Of a DNA stretch of 64,000 bases, positions 26,566 to 36,840 are shown piece by piece. The stretch is from the NCBI GenBank assembly GCA_001179505.1, contig CDMY01000476.1, positions 5,465-69,464 on the forward strand, in the 5' to 3' direction. The position numbers and the translations under genes were made by a program. The notes beneath the pieces were generated by a model that had not been told where the DNA came from, did not search any database, and was given only the letters and a program-made list of their open reading frames with translations. The stretch is from Vitrella brassicaformis CCMP3155. Its lineage: Eukaryota; Protista; Chromerida. Numbering within the stretch: position 1 is the first letter of the stretch; the number at the start of each line of letters is the position of its first letter.

Positions 26566-27223
26566 CCGCCCTGTAGCCCGGCAGCGCAGCAGAGACAGGC
26601 ATGGTAGCTATGGGTGGCTGCCTGACTATCGCTCGCTCGGTAGCCTACTTGCTGGAAGCTGGGAGCTCTCTCTGTCTGTCTGTCTGTCTGTCCTTTCCTC
26701 TCTGCGTTCCTTCTCTCTCCTCTCTGTGTGCATCCCTACGTCCCTCCCGCCCTCCAACCACCAGCCGGCATAAGTATTTTTGGAACCCGCTATAATGCGG
26801 CCTCCCTGGTGGTGCGGAGGAGTGAGTGGAGTGGATGTGAGGCGGTGTGTCTATCGCTACCTACATTTTATATCCGTGGAAGGTTTTTGAGCGTTCTTGA
26901 GGTCTCTTGGTGGGTGAATGCTCTTCTTTTGTGAGTGCATGACCGAGCCACAGACACAGAGAGCTGGACAGAGACATGCAGTCGGGTGCATTACATTAAC
27001 CGAGCGCATTGAATGTGGAGATTGGATGGACCCTTTCGACGATTCAAACTGTGGAACGTCTCATGAGATCGGTTCCCATCAAAAACAACTCATTCGACAG
27101 ATTCCGTCCGTCCATTTGTCACGCATATACACACACTGAGGATCGTCTTGAAAGGGAATGAGAGGGATGAATGAAATATGGATGGCGTCTATGGAATGGT
27201 GTGTGTGGCCGGCAGCAAGCAGC

Positions 27224-28556
27224 TCATTCCTCCTCCTCTTCCTCTTTCCATTCCTCTTCTTCGTCGCTTTCTTCGTCTTCGAAGTTGTCGTATTCTCCCT
27301 CATACTCGGCAGTGGCAGTAGTGGTCTGGTTGGTCTGCAGCTCACTGCCCGTGTGCCCAGCCTCCATGGCCTGCAGCTTGCGGCAGTAGGCCGCGGGGTC
27401 GGCAGAGTAGAGGGGCTTCATGGTCTCATCGCTGCCGGCCGTCCACTTCTTGCCGCGGCGGGTCCACAGCTGGTTGTAGAACGGCGCACTGCACCATCAT
27501 CGAACATCACACAACACGCCACCCTCTCTCCATGTGTGTGTGTGTAAATGTGTGTGTCGTCTGTTGCTGTCTGACTGACCCGTCGCCCTCCTTTGATGCA
27601 ATAAGGGAGAAGAGTTCGACTGTGCGGGGAAGCAGGGAGACATCTCCCGTCTCGACGTATTGACGCATCAGCCGGTTGGCCTCGATGGAGGCGGGGCAGA
27701 GGGGTTGGCCGTGGACGCAGCTCTGGTACCAACACACACCCTGCAAAGACAACACAAAGCAGACAAAGATCTTGCAAAACGAGGGGTGTGAGGGATGGGT
27801 GTGAGAGCTTACATAGTCGAAGTCAGATCCAGGATCTCCCGTCCGTCTGCCTGGCGCAGGACCCTTAGCCACATTGCCGGGCATCCAGGTCACTGCAACA
27901 CGGAGCTGAAGAGGGAACGAAACGAACAAACATCCACCGTTCCATGCATCATCGAGAAAAGGCACCTTTTTGCGGAACTCCAGTTCGATGGGGTCGCTGG
28001 GGTCCTTCATGAAGTCCTTCCACTCCTGGACATCTGCCGGAGTGGCTCGGTTCTCCACGAATCCGCTGTAGTTGGGGGCGTGCTCTGCCAACACGTTGAC
28101 GAACTTGCGGATCGCCTCCTGGCCCTCCTTCGGACACACGGCCTTATTCCACCACTGCAAAGCAGCACACAAGAGGTCACGAAGCTCATGCAGCTGGGCC
28201 TGGTGCAGATTGACCTTGACAAGAAGGCTCTTTGGTATTATGTGGTGGTAGGTGATCATCTCCCCAGCTTCTTTCTGTCTTTTGGCGTAGGGGCGGGCCT
28301 TCTTGATCGCGTCGTAGTTGATGCCCAGATTCCCAGCACCTGCAGATCAGAGATCAGAACACGGCAAAGATCCATGCAGATCCCGGCGTCGCCGTTTTGT
28401 GCTCCCCCACCGCCGTGCACAACACCTGGTGCGCATCTGCGTGAGGCGAGCCCCATCATCCGAGCCGCGGAGGCCGTGGGATGTGAGTGAAGATGTGAGG
28501 ATGAAGAGGATGGACAGGATGGACAAAAACAACAAGAATGCCTTGGAAAACGACAT
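27224..28556 (-). CDS. Putative secreted protein with HHIIP and WxPGNxxxGP-R-DPG motifs and an acidic C-tail
   Basis: Signal-peptide-like start MSFSKAFLLFLSILSILFILTSS. Downstream exons splice to YHHIIPKSLLVK|WWNKAV..EFRKK|LRVAVTWMPGNVAKGPAPGRRTGDPGSDFDY. The end reads EYDNFEDEESDEEEEWKEEEEE*. The first intron donor is ambiguous. Confidence 0.65.
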
Positions 28557-29069
28557 CTTCAAACAGCGGTGGGGATGGTGCGTGGTGGGGGAACGGGGAG
28601 GCGGGGTCTGATCAGTTTGTAAATTTCGGTTATGGAGAGCGCACTGATGAGTCCGCAAAGATCAGGAGGGAAGGCCCGGCAGGCAGTCCGCTGAAATGCG
28701 GCTCTGCTTAAGGTGCAGTAACGAGAGAAGATCTGGGCGCGCATCTGCTGTATCTTCTCTCTGCAATGCTGTCAGGCCGCTATGTGTGCTGGTGCTGCGC
28801 CTCCTCCAGGCTCGTCCCGTCACCAGGAGCAGTGCAGTCGAGGCGACACCAATCCTGCAGTGAGCACGGCTCATGGATAAGGAAACGGATGGATGCACAC
28901 CGCATCTCTCTCTTTTCTGTTTGGTCAGATACCCGTCGACTCCTCCCGGCCATGATTATATGAGCGTAGTAAGCGTCGCCCGGCCCGCTGACATCCACAT
29001 GTGTGTCTGAATGCTCCTCCTTCCTGCCCGTAGGATGAAGCGCTCAGCCGCATCGGCCACAATCTTCCT

Positions 29070-32000
29070 TTGGACCTCAGGGCCGCCCTCAGCCGGGGCA
29101 ACAATGCCACGACTGTCACAGTCCCCCTCTCCTCATCCCTGGCCGCCATCAACACCACAGCCACAGCCACAGCTACAGCCACATCCACATCAAATGGCAC
29201 CCTCAGAGATATCGCAGTCGGGTCCCCTTTGGCTTTCATCGAGAGAGTGCCGACAGGCCACGGCCAGGGTGTGTCGGGCGTCACTAGTGTGGAGCTAACG
29301 GGGTCGTTCAGATCTGACCCCTCATCTTCTGCCGGTGATGGCGGCATAGCGGCGTTGAGCGGGGCTGCCCGCATGGCCAACCCTAAAGAGGCGCTGCAGA
29401 ACCTGAATGATATTATTGAACGGACGCAGAGGGGGCTTGACGAGGCGTCGGTCATGTGCGCGTCCGAGACAGAGACGGCGGAACGCCTCTATGAAGAGCA
29501 GGACAGGTGAGCGTCCGCGTGCAGATGAACTGTGTCGACCGATCCTTGTTGCATTCAGGGAGCTGACCCGGCTCTCTTCGACTTTGGCTGACGCTGAGGC
29601 TCGCCTGGCGCAGTCCAATGCGAACACTCACCGCGGGAAGGCACAAATACAGGAGCTGCAGCTGCACCTGCACGACTTTCAAAAGGTATGTATGGTATGC
29701 GTATCTTGTGTAGTGTGCGCCATGCACGCACACAAACGCGCAACACACTTCGGTGCTTGTGGCTGGCTTGCTGTTTGTAGAGTTGTCAGCTGTCAAAGGC
29801 GGAGAACACCCGGAAGCTCAACGACCTCAGAGACGACCTGGCCGTAAGCTAACCGACATGAAACACCTCCAAGAGGGCTGTTGCTCCTTTGCTGTTCCTC
29901 CCGTCTGCAGAAGGCGAAACACGCTGTCGGTCTGAGCGGCTGCAAGAGGAAGAATACTGGCTCAGCCGCGTCTCTTCTCCAGTGCCACTCGCCATCCGGC
30001 AAGGCATTCCTCGCCCTGGACGCCAACACAATACAAGCCCACCTACGGGAACTCAAGACACCACACGCACTGCAAAGCCTGCAAAGGGCCCTCGTCCAAA
30101 CGGGCAGGTTGCTCGTCATGCCGACTGCTCCGGGCAGACGGACTGGGCAGCTGCGTCGGCAACAAGGCGGTCGTCAGCGCGGCCATGCGTTCGTCAGCCG
30201 GCACAACGTGTCTCTACATCTCCATTCCCAGCATAGACATTACCACAGGAGGCACAGACGGCACGGCAGGGGCAGAGGACGATGGCGCTTGTACCGGAGA
30301 CACAGACACCGGCACCACCGTCTCCATCACCACCGAGCCGGGCGTCACATCCACCAACTCGCCGACCAGACCAGCAGCAACAATACGGCAGATGCCGTGT
30401 CTGTGTCTCGGTCGACGGTGCTTGTGTCTCGGGCTGCCGAGGCGAACGATACAACGGCCCCTGAGGGCCCAGTGAAGAGCGGGGCTGTACAAGTGGACTT
30501 GGAGGGGTACATGAAGAAGTGCGTCGTGGTTGGAACACCCGACTGTGGGCAGTTCAATGACAACATGGCATACATGGTGGGTGGCGGGCGGTGGGGGGGA
30601 GTGGTGGGCAACAGGCTGCTGAATGAGCATTGTGCGTGTGTCTGTGTCTGTGTCTGTCTGTGTCAGATTGGATCGATCGAGGCAGCCGCGATGGAGCTGC
30701 AGGCCCAGATGAACGAGGAGGCCAACAACTGCCGAAAGGCCAGGTAAGTGACAAGCCGCTTGGACACACACAAAGCTCATAAGCTCATACACACACATTG
30801 CTCGCATCTGTATTTCTCAGGACCCGTTACAATGAGGAGATAGAAGACTGGTCGGTCACAGTGGGCAACCTCGAAGCAGAGCTCGCCAGTAAGTGAAATC
30901 GCGCGCCAACCACCCCCAGCCCCCACCCTGCTGCCCTCCATCTGGTGTTCCAGAAATCGTGGCTGAGCTGAAGACCCTCCGAAGACAAGTTCGCGATAAA
31001 GAGTAAGGACACACATATGGCGAGCGGGCCGCGGACAATGGTTTGCCCTCTCCCAGGTTGATGGTGGCCACGCAGCGGCGACAGAAGGACGTGACGGCGA
31101 GGTCCTGCTCAGCCGACATCAAGAAGGCGCTCGAGGAAATATGCGGCGCCAGAAGGTACACATGAACAACAACACACGCCGTCTGAGAGATTTCTCTCTG
31201 CATCGCAACCACAATGCCCGCATATCTGTCAGGTTACGCAAAGAGGTGGCCATGCTGTCGGGAGACAACACGCTTCCATCGCGCTTCCAAGACGGCCAGG
31301 TGTCCCATTATTCAATCATCGTGTGCCTATGTCCATGCTCACTGCGGCTGCGGCTCTCTCAGGTCGGCAACTGGACGGTGGGCCCGTGTTCGAAGTCCTG
31401 CAAAACCGACAGCAGTGACTCACCAGGCCAGCAGGTGCTCACCAGGGTTGTCGTCGCGCCGGCCGGCCCCATGAGCGCCAAGTGTCCGCAGCTGGAGCTG
31501 AGGAAGCCATGCAATGACGTCATGTGTCCCTTTGTCTACCCACTGGGGGAAGGTCACAGTGGTGGGAGACCATCCCTGCATCGCTACAGCCGTGCATGCA
31601 ACCGAGTCTTTATGTCTGTGTGTCAGGAGTTCTTGTTCCGCCTCGTGTGGCGGTGGGGTCCGTCAGCGGATCCGGGAAGTGCTGTCTGTCACCGGCGATC
31701 GGGACTGCACGCCACCCGCACAGCCCCTTCAGGACATAGAGGTGAGACAGACATGTTTGTGCTGGCCACCACAGGTGCAGTACAAAAATGAGGTCTATGT
31801 GTGTGGTCAGATATGCAACACGGCCAGCTGCAGTCCCGACTGCAAGCTTGGCGGCTGGGGCAACTTCTCGCTCTGCGACAAATCTTGTGGAGGGGGATTC
31901 CAGTTTTCAAAGAGGTAATTGACGACGCACACAGACGCGAGACGCACATATGGGCCCCTCTTATTTATCTCGTGCAGGCCTGTGATTGAGGAGGCACGAA

Positions 32001-32959
32001 GTGGCGGCAGCTGTCCAGGGCCCCGAGCACACGAGCGGCTGAAGCGTCGGCCATGCAACCAACATCCCTGCCAGGACTCCATCAAATGCGCCACTGAAAT
32101 GGACCTCGTCGTTCTGGTGAGTGACCTGAGAGCGAGACGCGACTTTTGCAGCCCACCATCTGTTCCGCCATGATGTATGCATGTGTGGGTGCAGGTGGAT
32201 GGGTCTGCCTCGATGACTGCCGGCGGCTTCTCTGCTGTCAAGGGCTTCCTCAAGACCCTCATCGGCAGAATGACTCTCAGCGGCAAACACGTCAAGGTAC
32301 GCACGCATCAGAAGCACAGGCCAGCTGCGTCGCGGCATTGCTCTCTCCATCTGGATGCAGGCGGGTTTGGTGCTCTTCCACGATATGGGGGTGGTTGCGT
32401 CCGGCCTCACTGCTGACGAGGCTGCTTTGAAGACGGCTGTGGGCAACCTGGACTTCCCTGCGTGGACGAGCAACCTCGCCCAGGCCATGGAGATGACGCA
32501 GCCCATTTTGATGGAGGGAAGGTCTGAAGCTGTGTCGGCCGTCTTGGTCATCACCGACGGCAAAACCAACGACGCGTGGCTGACCAAACAGGTCCACTCC
32601 ACACACACACGGATGGATGGATGTAGCTGCGGAAATGTGATGTCTCTTCCCTTCTACCCTCCGTGTTTATGTCTGGTCCAGGCGTCAGGGCGTCTGAGGC
32701 AGCGGGGTGTGCGGGTGGCGTCCCTCATCATTGGAAACGACGCACCACAGGTAAACACGAGGACTCTCTTACACAGAGGGCAACAGGGGGCGTCTTGTGT
32801 GCTGGTTGCCGGCTGGGATGTGTGTAGGAAGAGGTCAGCGCTTGGGTGTCGTACCCCTCATCACACAACATCGTTATCGCTCCGGCGTTCGAGGACCTGG
32901 CGAGGAAAGAGCTGGTGACCAACCTGATAGCCAATCTGTGCCCCGTCGTCACGTCATAG
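29070..32959 (+). CDS. Probably extracellular adhesin-like protein: coiled coil, thrombospondin type-1 repeats, C-terminal vWA (MIDAS); true start upstream and unresolved
   Basis: TSP1 repeats GNWTVGPCSKSC..C, CSASCGGGVRQRIR and WGNFSLCDKSCGGGFQFSKR..CNQHPC. vWA: MDLVVLVDGSASM..VLVITDGKTND. The protein ends ELVTNLIANLCPVVTS* with no transmembrane tail. Confidence 0.85.
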
Positions 32960-33775
32960 CTCTATCGGCACCGACACAGCTGGTACACTCAGACTTTTAC
33001 TCGCCTCTGGTCAGCCGGTCATTGTCGTCGATCGCAGAGACACCTGTCCTGTCAGCGGGTCATCAATTGTTTTGAAGTTGGGTGCATGTGTGTGATGGAT
33101 GGATGGACAGACATTCGTGTAGGGAATGAATCGATGGTAGGGTGGCTATGTGGCAGACAGACTGCCCCTCAACGCAACTCTATGCCGTGGTTTGGATCAA
33201 TAGTCTGTTGAGTGAGGGACCTGCACACGCAGCTGTCTCAGCATCAGTGTCAGTCACTCGACGCACACGACAGCCAGCCAGCCAGCCAGCCATCATTCTC
33301 TGAAGGGCCACACCACCGCTCCACACACATGCACACACGGCAGCCATCCATCCATCCATCCATCTATCCATCCAATGGCCCTCTTGGACGCCAACGGCCC
33401 ATCAGACGCTCCATGCACGCCCATACGTACCTCTCTCGTGCCACGCGATAGAAGATGAAGTGCTGATTGAGGTACGGGTCGTTCTCCATGACGGCCGACG
33501 GCGTTGTGATGGCCGCCATCGCAATTGCACTGTGGAGCCTTCGCTGCGGCATCGGCTTCAAACGAGTCGCATCTGCAATGACTTCTCTGACTGGTCCATG
33601 GCTTCGACGATATTTCTTCGACGAAAACAGAGGTGAGGACACTGCCGCTCAATAGGCTGTGTTCTGCGTCCCGAAGGCGCGGCAAGAGGTAATGGCTGAG
33701 AAAGGTTTCGCGAGGGATGCGAGCTTTTGGCCTGGAAGGTGGGAAGGGACGAGGCTGTGATCTAGGCTGCAGTCC

Positions 33776-35852
33776 ATGGGTGAGGAGTCCGTCGATGTCG
33801 CCCCGTTCTTGGGACCAGCCTCCCATGTGTCGAAATGGGTCTTCACGAAGGATGAGCTGCAGCGGAGGAGGGCTGCCGCCAACCAAGATGCCTGCGGGAG
33901 AACAAACGAGGCCATCGACCACGGTGAGTGTGAGCAGCTGCAGCTGGCGCGCCATGCAGTAATGAATGTGTGGCTTTCGCTTCATCTTGCGTGTGTGTGC
34001 TGCTGGTGGGGACAGACAGGAAGCTTCGTCAGCAGCGAGATCAGGGTGAGCGTCTGGCGGTGTCGCTTGAGGAGGAGCTGATGCTGACGTCCTACTACAG
34101 CCACCGCCTCCTCAGCCTCTGTGATCACAAGAAATACAGCTTCAGAGTCAAGGTGGGTGTGACCCGGCAGACAGGCAGGAGGGGAGCACTGTATGGTGTG
34201 TTCTTGGTTGCAGACGACTTCCACGATGTTCTTCAAGCGGTTCTTCGTCAACCGTTCCTGCATCGACTACGACCCCCTGCAGATACTGTGAGCGAGCGAA
34301 AGAGCGACAGTGTCAGTCAGCCCTCCAAGAGCGAAAGAGCGCATCCGTATCTATGTGTGTGTGTCAGTGTGGTGTGCATCGTGTTGGCGCACAAGGTGGA
34401 GGAGCTCCACGATGAGGACCTCAAGGCTCTCATACACGGACTCAAGGTCCCCCTGAAGGGTGGGTGCGGAGAAGCAGACAAGCAAGACAGACAGCACTAA
34501 TGCACATTCGTTTGGGCTGTGTGTGTGTGTGTGTGTGTGTGTATTGGTCAGTGATAGTTGACCTCGAGATAGAGGTGCTTGAGGCGCTTGACTTTGAGCT
34601 GCTCGTCACCCACCCACGATTCGCCATCCGAGAAATGGTCGACGACTACCACACGGTCAGCACGAGTCGGTGAGAGGGTGGGGTCGGTGAGGGCGTGGGC
34701 ATGGCACTGTATGTCTGATTTATTTATTTGTCAGTGGTGTGGTGAGCACGCGGTGCCTCAGTTACAGAAGGAGGATGCACTGCAGCTGGTCGAGGGCGCC
34801 GAAGGACTCGCGCTGCAGCTATACGAAACCGAGTCAGTCAGACGACGCCACACTGTCGCCCACACAATAGATAAATAAATGCCTCCGTCCATCCATCGTG
34901 TGTGTGTATACTGACTGACCCCCATGCCTCCCTCCGTTGCTGTGCTGTCCTGTGTTGACATCCCCAGCATCCCCCTGCTATGCACACCAGCCCATATCGC
35001 CGTGGTGAGCGTCAAAATCACAGCCGAGAACAACAAGCTCGATCTCAGTGACAAGTAGGGAGGGACGGACGGACCGGGTTGGTGGGCAAGGGCCCTTCTG
35101 TCAAACAGGACTCATTAATGTGTGGCTGCCCTCTTCACGGTTGCAGGTTCATTGAGGAGTGTTTCGCATCGAGAGGGGTCGAGCTCGCCGCTGTCGAGCA
35201 GAAGGTCAAATTCATCAGGGTGAGGCCGGCAGCAAGACTGTCGACTGATGGATGTGTGTGTGGGTGTTGTCTGTCTCAGGATGCAGCAGCGTCGATCAAG
35301 AGGCATGGGACAGACAGCCCAGAGGCGACGAAAGAACAGGCAGGACATTGACACGCACAAGGAAGGCATGACATGACAGCCATCGATAGATTGTGTGTGT
35401 ATGGGTGCAGGAGGCGGCAGCCAAGATCTTCAAGCGGTGTCAGAGCTGCAGGAAGGCCATCAAGAGGCTTCGGCATCACAAGGAACAAAGCGCAGAGTAC
35501 GCAAACACACACACACACGGCAGGCGCAGCGCGCCTCCATTGACCTGTGCGGTGTGATCTGACCTGGGCAGGTCGGTAAAGGCGGGAGGCGTCAAGACAG
35601 AGGGTGACAACGGCAGCGAGAAGAAAGGCAAGCGCGACAAGAAGGAGAAGAAGCGCAAACACGGAGGTGAATGCCGACACGGCACATCACCGAGGCAGCA
35701 ACACAGACATGCAACGAACGACCTGTCTCCCTCCCTCCCTTGCTTGCCGTGCGCACCGATCAGATGTCGCCTTGGGTGGTGATGCGACGGACGACGTCAA
35801 GCGGCTCAAGATTGAAGACGACCGACCACAGCCATCGCCGTCAGATGGCTGA
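33776..35852 (+). CDS. CCNH: Cyclin H (CAK/TFIIH cyclin)
   Basis: The N-terminus SHVSKWVFTKDELQRRRAAAN and cyclin box EEELMLTSYYSHRLLSLC..TTSTMFFKRFFVNRSCIDYDP..CIVLAHKVEE..LEIEVLEALDFELLVTHP match the cyclin H pattern (KRHWTF..ARLRADAN; TACMYFKRFY..AFLACKVDE). Confidence 0.88.
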
Positions 35853-36840
35853 GAGTGGCTGATATGATTGATGTTGGATGAACGGTCCGATACTTGTGGA
35901 TACGCGCGAGGGGGATGGATCTTTTCATACCCCCTGTGATGACCAGTTGAATGAAATGATGCAGGGCAGGGACACGAGCAGCTGAGTGAGATGATGTGAA
36001 AGGGGCAATCACAGCTGCGCTGAGTGTCTGTACGTGCCATGCATGTGCGCAACGCATCCCACACACACGGATGGATGGATGGATGGACGGATGTACCTGT
36101 CTGTTGTGGGAGTGACTCATCATTCTCCCTGAAGCCATCAATCACCTACACACGTTGTCGTTCATCATCATCATCCAATGAGATTTTGCGTTCTGGTCTG
36201 TGGTCGTGTGGTGGCTGGAGCACTAGGGCAGAGTCGACTATGTTGGCGGTAGGCGCCTTTGCAGTGAGAGGCAACAAATAGTCCTTCAAGAGTGAGTGAG
36301 TCACCGGCACACATCACACACACAAGCCAGCTGTACACTCATCCATCTACCACACGCCCATCGACAAGCCTGGCCAGCAAACCATGGCAGCAACCCCCCT
36401 CGTCCAGTCTACACACTCCTCCATGCAGAGAGGGAACAAATAGTCCTTACGTGAGCGACAGAAAAAGAGAAAGCGAGTCAGTCACCACCAACACACGCAC
36501 GACCCAGCTGTACACTCCATCGACCAGCCAGCAGACCATGGCGGCAATCCCTCTCATCCAACCACTCCTCCGCACCACCAGGGAGGCCGCACATTACGCG
36601 GGCACCAAAATTACTTAAGCCGGCTGGTGGTTGGGCAAGGGAGGGAGGGAGGGCGGGAGGGAATGCACACAGAGAGGGAGAGAGAAGGGAGGGAGAGAGA
36701 GAGAGAGAGAAAGAGAGAAAGGCACGGCAGCCGCAAAGGCAGCCAGTAGGCCAACGAGCTAGTCAAGCAAGCAGCGATCCAGCCATCCATCCATCTACCA
36801 CCTGCCCACCATCCCTGTCTGCTGCCGGGCAAGCGGGCGG

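Noticed and set aside
29070-32959. Calling the TSP1/vWA gene a TRAP/MIC2 ortholog
   Set aside because: Domain order is reversed and there is no transmembrane segment or cytoplasmic Trp tail.
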